NCBI GenBank assembly: GCA_022511425.1
Contig: JAFLRO010000005.1
Location: forward strand, 3,326 to 67,325
Reading direction: 5' to 3'
DNA length: 64,000 nt
Source: Acetatifactor sp.
GTDB taxonomy: Bacteria; Bacillota; Clostridia; Lachnospirales; Lachnospiraceae
Below the pieces are notes generated by a model, which saw only the letters and a list, made by a program, of their open reading frames with translations, did not search any database and was not told where the DNA came from. Shown in pieces: positions 19,369-28,456 of the stretch. Position 1 is the stretch's first letter. Every line of letters begins with the position of its first letter. The position numbers were made by a program, and so were the translations under genes.

Positions 19369-21051
19369 TTATGCCTTCAGCTGCGCCTTGTTTTGGTACA
19401 TCCGCTCATCCGCCGTCTGTACCGCCTTCTCCACGGACTCTTTGGAATCCGCTTCGCAGACGGCAAAGCCATGAGCAATCTGAAGTGTAAAGCTATACTC
19501 GTTTTTATCGTTTGCCTCCCGGATTCCTTTCTGAAAGGCCTCCAGAGCCTGATCATACTTTTTCTGAGCATCCTCCTCCAGCAGGGCACAGAACTCATCG
19601 CCGCCAAGTCGGAAAACCATGCCATAATCTCCAAAGCTTCCTTCGATAACCTTGGACGCCATCTGGATCATCATATCTCCCATATCATGACCATAGGAAT
19701 CGTTCACCGTCTTTAGGTTATTAATGTCCATGAATACTACTCCAAGCTCCTTCACATGCACTTTCACACATTCCTCCAGCTGCTCCAGATAAGCTGTTCG
19801 GTTTCCCAGATCGGTCAGTATATCGGAGTAAGCCAGCTTGTGTACACTGTCGTACTCCATCCCCTGAACCATCAACTGGTAAGCGCTGAACTGGCTTCCA
19901 ACAGCGAAGCAGACAATAAACACAAGTAAACCAAAGCGCGTTATCAGTGCACTATCCATCACACCTGCACCACCAAACCGCACCAGCTCCAGTACAACGG
20001 TAATTCCAATAGCACCAATCCCCAGCAGCTGCAGGCTGACCGCCCATACTCCCGCTCCGCGGCGGTGCCTCCCTGAGGAAAGAATGGATATATTTTTCCT
20101 TGCCGTCCATGCCACAAAACCCATTGCACAGAAACCCATAAAAACCCTGGCCACAGGTAGCATTCCATGCCAGTCCGTCAGACCAACCACAGGGAATATA
20201 ACACATGCCAGCAAGAACAGCATCTGCAGCACACAGGCAATCCGGACTATCCAATAACGCAGTATGCCATAGGTCCAATCAGCATACAGCACCATGGGCA
20301 TCAATGACAGAATGAGCAGAATATTGTCTATGACCTGCAGGATCTGTGGATCCGCGTTAAAGAAATGAAGCACATTTGTCTCCACCAGACACCAGCCGCC
20401 AATGAGTACAGAAAAAAGTCCAAGGAAACGCAGACTATGGTTTTTGCTTTTTTTATTGTGATTCAGGGGAATGTCCAGAACAATCATGAACAGACCGACC
20501 AGACAGATCACAATGCTGATCAACACCGAAGCCAGCTTTTCACGAATGACAGCTAAGACAATGGCGGCCCGGTCTCCCCAGTAAAAATGATCAACCTTGA
20601 GACCCTCACCGGCATAAGCTTCTGTAATCCGCAGTTCCAACTGTTGTCCTGCCTGATCTGGAGAAAAACTTAAGAGGTTCCAACGGCTCCCCGGATATCT
20701 GTCATAGAAATTCTGATCTGGCCTCTCTGTTTCGTAAATCATCTCCCCATCCAGATACACCTGTGTGAACACGTTCTGAGTGCGATAAACCAGACTGGTA
20801 TCCTGCTCCATCTGAGGGATCAGGTAATAGATGCTGGCTGAGGATTCCTTCTCCAACAGGTACAGTTCCGCTGTACTGCCTTCTTCCGTGGTCCAAACCC
20901 CACTGATATCCACGAAAGAGCCAAGTCCGTAGTCCACACGTAATCCACGCCGCTCCAGTAGTATAAAAATAACAAGCAACAGCATGCATATTGCTAATGC
21001 TGCGTATCCTCTCACAATGATTTTTCTAAATGTTGACAATGTCCTGCGCAT
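19369..21051 (-). CDS. Diguanylate cyclase with 7TMR-DISM-like extracellular and 7-TM sensor region
   Basis: 560 aa. N-terminal TM, ~150-aa extracytoplasmic domain, about 7 TM helices, and a C-terminal GGDEF domain (RLGGDEFCALL). Confidence 0.85.
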   Translation of the reverse strand: MRRTLSTFRKIIVRGYAALAICMLLLVIFILLERRGLRVDYGLGSFVDISGVWTTEEGSTAELYLLEKESSASIYYLIPQMEQDTSLVYRTQNVFTQVYLDGEMIYETERPDQNFYDRYPGSRWNLLSFSPDQAGQQLELRITEAYAGEGLKVDHFYWGDRAAIVLAVIREKLASVLISIVICLVGLFMIVLDIPLNHNKKSKNHSLRFLGLFSVLIGGWCLVETNVLHFFNADPQILQVIDNILLILSLMPMVLYADWTYGILRYWIVRIACVLQMLFLLACVIFPVVGLTDWHGMLPVARVFMGFCAMGFVAWTARKNISILSSGRHRRGAGVWAVSLQLLGIGAIGITVVLELVRFGGAGVMDSALITRFGLLVFIVCFAVGSQFSAYQLMVQGMEYDSVHKLAYSDILTDLGNRTAYLEQLEECVKVHVKELGVVFMDINNLKTVNDSYGHDMGDMMIQMASKVIEGSFGDYGMVFRLGGDEFCALLEEDAQKKYDQALEAFQKGIREANDKNEYSFTLQIAHGFAVCEADSKESVEKAVQTADERMYQNKAQLKA

Positions 21052-21108
21052 TCTCGCATTTCCTTCCCTGTATTATCCGCGCACTTGCTCTCAAGTAATA
21101 CAATATTT

Positions 21109-21137
21109 ATTATAAGGGCTGATAATTTGGCTGTCAA
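21109..21137 (-). promoter_or_regulatory. Consensus sigma-A promoter for the 7TM diguanylate cyclase gene
   Basis: Minus strand reads TTGACA (21137-21132), 17 nt, TATAAT (21114-21109). Confidence 0.55.
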
Positions 21138-21228
21138 TTCCTTCGATTATATAACTAAGGACAACCAACTGTTTCATTGATTGCCCTTACCTGTTCATAA
21201 ATCCATATAATAAATTATTTTACCCCTA

Positions 21229-22887
21229 TCAGCTGTTCCTCTGCAGCCTCTTAACTAAATCAACAAATTCATCCTTGTACTCGTCAGCCTCGGTATCTAC
21301 CTTCTTCAACAACTCCCTTATATGTTCAAAGGAAGCATTTCCTTTGTATTTACTATCGCGGACCAGCAGACCGAACTCTGCTACCGCTGCCGCAAAATAG
21401 AAATCCTCCGTGGGTTTTTCCATGTACTTATCCTCTGTTACGGGATAGGTACACAGCTTACTTTCCTCCGACTCTGGGTCTTTGTAGCGGATGCTGATAT
21501 TCAGCCATTCTCCGTTTTCCACACCGGTGTTCCCCTGATCCTGATATTTTAAATCTGTCTGGGGTATCTCCTGGGCAGAATCCACAGTGATGATCTCGTA
21601 GAGAGCCGTTACCATATGACCAGCGCCGATTTCTCCTGCATCCTTCGTATCATCATCAAAGTCCTCTGTTGCCAGAGTTCTGTTTTCATAACCCAGAAGA
21701 CGATATCCCTTTACATAGGCAGGATTAAATTCCACCTGAAGCTTTACATCCTTCGCCACAGTCACAAGGGTTGCTCCCATCTCCTCCACAAGCACCTTCT
21801 TTGCTTCTCTCAAAGAATCGATATATGCGTAATTCCCATTACCCTTGTCAGCCAGCGTCTCCATCTTATTGTCCTTGATGTTGCCAGTGCCAAAGCCCAG
21901 TACGGATAGGAAGACACCTGATTTTTTCTTCTTTTCAATCAGCTTTTGCAGCTCACTCTCGCTGGTGATGCCCACGTTCAGGTCGCCGTCGGTGGCAAGA
22001 ATGACCCTGTTGTTCCCGCCCTCAATAAAATATTTTTCCGCCAATTCATACGCGGTCTGAATACCCTTTGAACCATTGGTGGAGCCTGAAGCCTCCAGGC
22101 CCTCGATGGCATCGATGATGACCTCCTTTTCATCCCCGTTCACGCCCTCCAGAACCACCTTGTCTGAACCCGCGTAAGTGACAATGGATACCCTGTCTTT
22201 CTCGGTGAGTTCTTCCACCAGCATCACAAATGATTTCTGAAGCAATGGCAGTTTATCATCGCTGTACATGGAACCCGAGACGTCCAGCAAGAATATCAGG
22301 TTGGAGTCAGGAGCTTCGCTGAAATCAATCTCCTCAGTCTTTAATCCAATCTGCAAAAGCTTTGCATTATCATTCCAGGGACAGTCCCCTATCACGGTGG
22401 TAACACCAAAGGGTTCTTCTCCCTGGGGCAGATCGTAGTCATAGGAAAAATAATTCAACATTTCCTCAATCCGGACAGCCCCCTGGGGAATTTCATCTAT
22501 GGTATAACCCCATTCGATCAAACGGCGCAGATTGCTATAAGATGCTGTATCTACATCTACGGAAAAGGTGGAGAGAGGATCATTTACCACAGATTTGTAT
22601 CCGGGTTCCTCGATGCTGTTGTACTCCTCCGTATTCCAGTCCACTCCGAAGATGTCCTCATAATCTTCCTCTGCCTCGGCAGCTCCGTCATAATATCCTG
22701 ATGTTGAGTTGCCGTAGTTAAGAGCAGAATCATATGCTTCGCCCCCGGAATTTGCCTGGTTTTCCATTAACGCTGCATTCGGTGTGCCGTCCGAGTACCT
22801 CTGACCCCAATCTCCACCGCATCCACATAATGACACTCCTGTCACAACCATGCTCACTAAAATTGACAGTAACCTTTTCTTTTTCAT
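21229..22887 (-). CDS. von Willebrand factor type A (vWA) domain lipoprotein, YfbK/BatA-like
   Basis: Lipobox VSLCGCGG. MIDAS motif DVSGSM with downstream T and D residues (ILATDGD). The long C-terminal domain is as in vWA/DUF3520-type proteins. Confidence 0.8.
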   Translation of the reverse strand: MKKKRLLSILVSMVVTGVSLCGCGGDWGQRYSDGTPNAALMENQANSGGEAYDSALNYGNSTSGYYDGAAEAEEDYEDIFGVDWNTEEYNSIEEPGYKSVVNDPLSTFSVDVDTASYSNLRRLIEWGYTIDEIPQGAVRIEEMLNYFSYDYDLPQGEEPFGVTTVIGDCPWNDNAKLLQIGLKTEEIDFSEAPDSNLIFLLDVSGSMYSDDKLPLLQKSFVMLVEELTEKDRVSIVTYAGSDKVVLEGVNGDEKEVIIDAIEGLEASGSTNGSKGIQTAYELAEKYFIEGGNNRVILATDGDLNVGITSESELQKLIEKKKKSGVFLSVLGFGTGNIKDNKMETLADKGNGNYAYIDSLREAKKVLVEEMGATLVTVAKDVKLQVEFNPAYVKGYRLLGYENRTLATEDFDDDTKDAGEIGAGHMVTALYEIITVDSAQEIPQTDLKYQDQGNTGVENGEWLNISIRYKDPESEESKLCTYPVTEDKYMEKPTEDFYFAAAVAEFGLLVRDSKYKGNASFEHIRELLKKVDTEADEYKDEFVDLVKRLQRNS

Positions 22888-23069
22888 AATTTTCCCCTTC
22901 CTTTCCGGCCATATTGACTGCTCTTTTTCCTCCCTGACGACTTATTCGTCTATTGCAGTCCGGTATGCTGACCAAAGACAACGTCGCGTCTTTTTGTACC
23001 GTTTTCCTGTGCCTGATACATAAGACACGTAAGGGGAAATAAATATTTATGGCTTATTTGGAAAAAATT

Positions 23070-23759
23070 TTAATTTCTTATTGCATCATAGATCCAATAC
23101 TCAGGTATATTCTCACTGTATGCCATGTTATCAAACAAGAACTGATATACTTCGCCTACTTCAAGTTTCTCTGTCAGCATGCCTTCCTCCTTAAGCACAA
23201 TAATCTCACCTGCCTGAAAACCTTCTTCTGTTTCCACTATTTCCACCGTATATACGACAATACCCTCTTCTTCGAAAACCTCTATGACCTGCCCACGAAT
23301 CTTCAACATACCTTCCTCGGCCTCATAAGCTGAACCATAATTCTCTTCAGCAGCTGCATCGCCGTGATCCCAATCCTCAAAAGAGCCGGTTCCATCGCTC
23401 GGCGCCTCATTCTCATTATAGATACCCTCAAAATCCGATGTGGCTTCACCGGCATAATCCGCCCCCTCACCGCCCTGCTGCCCGGCGTTATAATGCGAAG
23501 ATGCATTGTTAGGTACATCAGAAGCATTCCAAAAATCAGATTGTTCTGATAGAATTTCGTTAAATAAATAAGGTACAGTCACCGCCAGACACAGGCATGC
23601 GGCCGCTGCAGTCATGCACCAAGGTCCGTACTTTCTCCACAGTTTCCTCTTTTTTATCCCTGTCTGCTTAGGCTCAAGTCCGGCTTCAATCCTACCCCAT
23701 AAATCGGGCATTTCTTCTTTCATAAGCTCTTTATATTCTTTTTCCAGATTCCTGCTCAT
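23070..23759 (-). CDS. Putative single-pass anti-sigma factor
   Basis: 4-nt start/stop overlap with the upstream ECF sigma gene. Short cytoplasmic N-terminus, one TM (CMTAAAACLCLAVTVPYLF) and an acidic extracytoplasmic domain. The call is contextual only. Confidence 0.5.
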   Translation of the reverse strand: MSRNLEKEYKELMKEEMPDLWGRIEAGLEPKQTGIKKRKLWRKYGPWCMTAAAACLCLAVTVPYLFNEILSEQSDFWNASDVPNNASSHYNAGQQGGEGADYAGEATSDFEGIYNENEAPSDGTGSFEDWDHGDAAAEENYGSAYEAEEGMLKIRGQVIEVFEEEGIVVYTVEIVETEEGFQAGEIIVLKEEGMLTEKLEVGEVYQFLFDNMAYSENIPEYWIYDAIRN

Positions 23760-24346
23760 AACGATACCTCTCTGTCCGACTTAGCGGTTTCTGATTCATT
23801 TTCTTGAAAAGAACATTCAAAATTATATTTACGCAGCTTTTTGACTGCGTTCTGATACCGCCAGGTGACGGTTCCCATGGGTTGCTTTAGTATGTCTGCA
23901 ATCTCCTGAAAAGTAAGTTCTCCCATGACCTTCAGATTCACAATCTCACGCTCCGCAGGCTTTAAGGTATTAAGCGCCTCCTTTAAGCTTACATCTGATA
24001 CCACTTGGCCTTCTACATCATCCGGCGACGCATTTTCAGAATAAGAATCCGTAAAATCCTCTGTCAAAATCTCATGTTTATTTTTTCGCAACAGATCAAT
24101 GGCCATGTTCCTTGCTATCGTTGCCAGCCAGGCTCTATGTCCCTTCCCGCTCCGGTAATTATCCGCCAGCTTCCAAAGCTTGATAAAGAACTCGCTTGTC
24201 ACATCCTCTGCATCTTCCCTATTATAGACTACCTGTAACACAATGGAATAGATATACCCTGCGTATTCCTCATAGATCACACGAAGAGCTGATTTATCCC
24301 CTGCTTTCATACTTTTCATGCACGCGTGAAACTGTTTTTCTTCCAC
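23756..24346 (-). CDS. ECF-type RNA polymerase sigma-70 family factor
   Basis: 196 aa, GTG start. Region 2 (YAGYIYSIVLQVVYNREDAEDVTSEFFIKLW) and region 4 HTH (LTFQEIADILKQPMGTVTWRYQNAVKKL) are present. Confidence 0.88.
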   Translation of the reverse strand: MEEKQFHACMKSMKAGDKSALRVIYEEYAGYIYSIVLQVVYNREDAEDVTSEFFIKLWKLADNYRSGKGHRAWLATIARNMAIDLLRKNKHEILTEDFTDSYSENASPDDVEGQVVSDVSLKEALNTLKPAEREIVNLKVMGELTFQEIADILKQPMGTVTWRYQNAVKKLRKYNFECSFQENESETAKSDREVSL

Positions 24347-24427
24347 AGGTTCCCCCCTTCGCCAGACTCTTATATCTCTGACACGTTTTTTTCTGTTGAT
24401 TATTATGGATTTGTTTAAATATTTTAA

Positions 24428-24450
24428 GGGGCAAATCTGTTATTTGCCCC
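24428..24450 (-). terminator. Terminator hairpin in the leader upstream of the ECF sigma operon
   Basis: Minus strand GGGGCAAAT-AACAG-ATTTGCCCC followed by TTAAAATATTT. It lies 80 nt upstream of the sigma start codon. Confidence 0.55.
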
Positions 24451-24559
24451 CCATAGTCTGAATATTACCTAAATTCTCTTCGGTCTGCAGGAGCAGCCAA
24501 TTCCCAATCTGTTTGGTCCTATGGGGCGGCTGATTCCCAGTGCCACTCATATGCATTTT

Positions 24560-24588
24560 ATTATATCAGTCCAGAATGGCTTTTACAA
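24560..24588 (-). promoter_or_regulatory. Sigma-A-type promoter candidate driving a ~100-nt leader or small RNA
   Basis: Minus strand TTGTAA (24588-24583), 17 nt, TATAAT (24565-24560). Confidence 0.45.
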
Positions 24589-24673
24589 GGGCAAAACACC
24601 CTGTTCTAGTTCCCAGCCTCCTGCGCTGTTACTGTCCACAGTTAGTTTTCCCCCTGCTCTTGAACACAAAAGT

Positions 24674-24700
24674 GGGAAGCGTCACCGTACAACGCTTCCC
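24674..24700 (-). terminator. Intrinsic terminator of the radical SAM gene
   Basis: GGGAAGCG / CGCTTCCC 8-bp stem. On the minus strand it is followed by ACTTTTGTGTT. Confidence 0.6.
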
Positions 24701-24742
24701 AATAGTTCATAGCCACTATTTTCTTTCTGTCAATCAGACAGC

Positions 24743-25885
24743 TTACAGTAGCGCTTCTACCTGATCCCGTCTCTGGTATAAAACGCAGCCGCCGTCATGC
24801 TCCTCCATCAATATTCCTTCCTCTCTCAGACTTCGGAACAGCTTTGAATCCAGCACTTCCTTCAAGCTATGATCCTTCACATTCACATCAGAGTAAGGTG
24901 AAAACGGACAGGGTTCCGCACCGCCGTGGGAGTTGATATGGAAAAATCCTCTGCCCGCCGCCAAGCATCCACCGGAGGTCTTCTCATCCCCGGGAAACGA
25001 AATCAGCAGCATAGAATCATCCTCCTGCCGCAATGCCTTTAGACGCTCCGACAGTTCCTCCCTGCCCTCATCATCCAAGGCCAGCGCCTTCAAATTCTCA
25101 TTGGTGGGCACAAACTCCACATAGATTATGGCTTTGCAGCCGTCCTCTCCCATGGTATCCACAAACTCCCGTGAAACCACCTCCTCTAAGTTCTCAGAGG
25201 TCACTGTCACAGAAGCTCCAAAAGCAATCCGCTTCTCCCTCATCCTGGCCATAGCATCCTGCACCCGCTTATAAATACCCACGCCACGTCTCTCATCCGT
25301 CTTCTGCTGGCCACCCTCAATGCTGAGTATGGGAACAAGATTGCGATGTCTGTCAAACAGCTCTAAGTAATCCCCGGTAAGCATGGTTCCGTTGGTAAAT
25401 ACCGGGAACAAAATCTCCGGAAACTGGGCTGCTTTCTCAATCACGTCCCGACGAACCATGGGCTCGCCTCCTGCCAGCAGGATAAAACCCACTCCCATAT
25501 CCCTGGCCTGGGCAAACACACTGCCCCAGTCCTCCGCGCTCATCTGCTCCACCGGCTCCCCGTCCACACAGGTCTCCAGAGAACGGGCATAGCAGCCTGC
25601 ACAGTGCAGATTACAGAGGCTGGTGATACTGGCAATCAGAAAAGGAGGAATGTGCTCCCCTCTCTCCTCCGCCGCCCGCCGAAGGGCTGTGGCCTTCTTG
25701 CCCGCCATTGCATACTGCGCCATAAACAGGCTCTCACGAGGGTGGAACACCGATGACTTTACCAGATTTTTCACAATGTTCTCCACACCTGATGAAAGGT
25801 ATTTCTCAAGGTCAAAGGCTTCTGAAACAGTACTCGCTGACATGCTGTATCCTTCCCCGGAGCTATTGGCATCAAGTGATGGCAT
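24743..25885 (-). CDS. Radical SAM enzyme with C-terminal SPASM/twitch-like Cys region; substrate unknown
   Basis: 380 aa. CNLHCAGCY is a CxxxCxxC cluster motif and LLAGGEP a SAM-binding motif. The C-terminal GGCLAAGRGFFHINSHGGAEPCPF resembles an auxiliary-cluster motif. Confidence 0.85.
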   Translation of the reverse strand: MPSLDANSSGEGYSMSASTVSEAFDLEKYLSSGVENIVKNLVKSSVFHPRESLFMAQYAMAGKKATALRRAAEERGEHIPPFLIASITSLCNLHCAGCYARSLETCVDGEPVEQMSAEDWGSVFAQARDMGVGFILLAGGEPMVRRDVIEKAAQFPEILFPVFTNGTMLTGDYLELFDRHRNLVPILSIEGGQQKTDERRGVGIYKRVQDAMARMREKRIAFGASVTVTSENLEEVVSREFVDTMGEDGCKAIIYVEFVPTNENLKALALDDEGREELSERLKALRQEDDSMLLISFPGDEKTSGGCLAAGRGFFHINSHGGAEPCPFSPYSDVNVKDHSLKEVLDSKLFRSLREEGILMEEHDGGCVLYQRRDQVEALL

Positions 25886-25955
25886 CAGATTTTCTCTCCT
25901 CTGCCACGTTGTCTCCGCTAAATCAATTTTGTAATATTTGATTTAATACAATTTA

Positions 25956-25984
25956 AATATACACTTCTTTGAACGTACTGTCAA
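25956..25984 (-). promoter_or_regulatory. Sigma-A promoter candidate for the radical SAM gene
   Basis: Minus strand TTGACA (25984-25979), 17 nt, TATATT (25961-25956). Confidence 0.5.
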
Positions 25985-26030
25985 GCCACAATTTCTATAT
26001 ACCGCAACACATTTGTCAAATCCACTCTAT

Positions 26031-28319
26031 CTATTCCTGCAAATACAGCGAAGCCTTGTTCTGAATAACCTTGACCACTTCATCCAAATCCCTCTGACCG
26101 GATAGATAGCCGCCCACCTCCTCGTCAATGATATTCTGGAGTTCTATATGATAGCGGTAGCGGTTGCTGGCGCTTTCCACCAGCTGCACCACGGCATCTA
26201 CATCCTCCTGGGTGGCTGCAAACACATATATACTGCCATCGCCTACCCAGTAGCTTCCCTTTATGACCCGGCTGCGTACTCCGTCCTCGGTGACATATTC
26301 TTCCTCCATAGCACGGGCCATCACCTGATTAAACTGCTCCTTTACCAGTGGAAATCCCTGTCCATCATAGCCGTTTTGCAGATAATATTTTACAAAATCC
26401 CATGCCTCCTGCTGCTTTTTGCTCGCTGATGCGATTGCAAGCTTTGCACCCATGAAGTTCACCGCCGTACCGGAGCCCTCAGCCGTAGGATAGCCGATAA
26501 AACCAATTTCCTCGCCATATATTTCTTTTTCCAATTGATAAGTTGCCACACTGGATATGGTTCCATTCGTCAGAAGGATTTCCTTATTACGAATGGATTC
26601 TATCCGGCTGCCGGACGGATATCCGCCTTTATAATCCTTTACAAACCGCAGGATACTTTTAAAATATTCCCCGTCAAATTCACAGGTCTTGTTATCCCAG
26701 TCCACAAACTCGTCCATTCCAAAAGTACAGAGCGTTTTTAACGCCGGCTCATCCGCAGCAAACCCGTCGATGGCGCTCACGCCTCTCCCATTCTCCTGTA
26801 AAATCTGAATCATTTCCTCCAGCGTTACTCCAGTCCGGCCGCCTGTGACGGATCGGGCTCCCCACATAGTCCAAAGCAGGAACGAAGGTGAAATACAGTA
26901 CAGGGATCCATTTGTCTCGTGCGCCTCTATAACGGAGGAAATCAACATATCCTTACTACAATCAACATCCTCCTGCATGAACCCGTACAAGTCAGCCAAT
27001 ACCCCTTTCTCTGCAAAAACATCATAGTCAACTGAAGAAACATCCAGAATATCAGGCGCCTTCCCCGTGACGATATCCAGCGTCAGCTGATTGCTTCCCC
27101 TTTCGTAGCCATCCTGCGCACTCCGGTCCTTGTAATATTCGACAATCTGAATCTGTACACCCTGTTGGTAGCGATTATATTCCGCCACAGCAGCTTCCAG
27201 TCCCTGTAAAAGTTCCATCACTCCCAGGGTCAGGACTACCTTCTCGCTCTCTCCTATCTCCAGAGAAACTAATTCCGTAGTGGAATCCCCATGATTGTCA
27301 ATTATCTCGATGACTTCTCCGCTTTTCCCAAGATACAGGATATCTGAGGTATAAATCCCAAAAGACAAGAAATTCAGAAGTTTCTCCGTCCTCTGAGTGT
27401 CGAAGCTATATTCATAGAGTGCGCTTCCCAGGCAGAACAGAAAACCGCCCTCCACCGCTGCGATGTGATTCATTTGCAGATTACTGTTTCCCCCGCTTAA
27501 ACTGGCTGGATCCTCCTGGCGCACCGGTTCACCCAGGCTCTTCCCCTCCACATCAATCTCCTGGACATAAATGCCCTCCTGATCTCTGACCACAAGAAGA
27601 GGCGCCTCACTCTCACTCACCTGGAGACTTAACAGGCCGGTCTCCCAGGTATCCAGAAACTGTTCATAGAACAGGGTGTTTAGCTGCTCATCCATGACAT
27701 AAATACGATCCACATCCACATAAACATTGGGAATACCGTCTTTATTGGGCTCTCTATCCGGAATCTCTGTCTCCGGAACGGACATCCTATAATGAAAGTA
27801 GAGATGCCCCCGGCCGTCTGCGTAAACTCCCCGCGGTTCTATAAATACTGCATTCTCCGTGTCCTCCAGCGTTATCTCAGGATTTTCCTGAAGATCTCCT
27901 TCCCTGTCAAGCTTCCAGAACACCGTGTCCCCGCCCTTGTTCTCCAACAGATATACATTACCCTGCCCATCCGCCGCCATTGACTGTACATAGAACACAT
28001 CTGGCAGCGGAAAACACTTCTGCACAGAAAGACTCTCTCTCTCCAGATAATCAACAGCCACCTGACTGTTTTCCTGACGACATCCATAGATGGCATCGCC
28101 GGCTACCGCCACACGATAGTATCTGTTCTCCATCGCATTGTAGGCAGCACGCCATGAAATCTCCTCAGTTCCCGGGCTTACGCTACCCGATGTGCCGCTT
28201 CCATCCATACCCTCCGTGACGATACCTGCGCTGCCGCTGTCTGGAACATCCTTCTGAGTCAAATTTCCGCAGCCCGTCAACATAAGCACGGATAAAAGCA
28301 ATGCTATTTTTCTCTTCAT
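26031..28319 (-). CDS. Large lipoprotein: unknown N-terminal half plus extracellular solute-binding-protein-like C-terminal half
   Basis: ORF 26031..28334. GGGAGGAGAG SD selects MKRKIALLLSVLMLTGCGN (lipobox). The C-terminal half has family-1 SBP-like blocks (GKAPDILDV, the tail ...VIQNKASLYLQE). Confidence 0.7.
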   Translation of the reverse strand: MKRKIALLLSVLMLTGCGNLTQKDVPDSGSAGIVTEGMDGSGTSGSVSPGTEEISWRAAYNAMENRYYRVAVAGDAIYGCRQENSQVAVDYLERESLSVQKCFPLPDVFYVQSMAADGQGNVYLLENKGGDTVFWKLDREGDLQENPEITLEDTENAVFIEPRGVYADGRGHLYFHYRMSVPETEIPDREPNKDGIPNVYVDVDRIYVMDEQLNTLFYEQFLDTWETGLLSLQVSESEAPLLVVRDQEGIYVQEIDVEGKSLGEPVRQEDPASLSGGNSNLQMNHIAAVEGGFLFCLGSALYEYSFDTQRTEKLLNFLSFGIYTSDILYLGKSGEVIEIIDNHGDSTTELVSLEIGESEKVVLTLGVMELLQGLEAAVAEYNRYQQGVQIQIVEYYKDRSAQDGYERGSNQLTLDIVTGKAPDILDVSSVDYDVFAEKGVLADLYGFMQEDVDCSKDMLISSVIEAHETNGSLYCISPSFLLWTMWGARSVTGGRTGVTLEEMIQILQENGRGVSAIDGFAADEPALKTLCTFGMDEFVDWDNKTCEFDGEYFKSILRFVKDYKGGYPSGSRIESIRNKEILLTNGTISSVATYQLEKEIYGEEIGFIGYPTAEGSGTAVNFMGAKLAIASASKKQQEAWDFVKYYLQNGYDGQGFPLVKEQFNQVMARAMEEEYVTEDGVRSRVIKGSYWVGDGSIYVFAATQEDVDAVVQLVESASNRYRYHIELQNIIDEEVGGYLSGQRDLDEVVKVIQNKASLYLQE

Positions 28320-28456
28320 CTTCTCTCCTCCCATTCCTTAGCTTAAAGTACCGACACGTGCACTTTCAGTACACTATTCAGGGTTATTTGCTACATTACA
28401 GCTTCCACTATTTCAAAACTTTGTATCAGGAATGTATCTCAGAGATAAAGATAATT

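Noticed and set aside
22888-23069. c-di-GMP (GEMM) riboswitch upstream of the vWA gene
   Set aside because: It shows only vague resemblance (CACAGG..ACGC). The conserved GGCAAAC and GACGCAAAGCC-type segments are absent.
24434-24550. About 36-aa ORF (MSGTGNQPPHRTKQIGNWLLLQTEENLGNIQTMGGK) as a stand-alone gene
   Set aside because: It has no SD and would have to be leaderless. The composition is unremarkable. It is mentioned only as a possible attenuation ORF within the leader finding.
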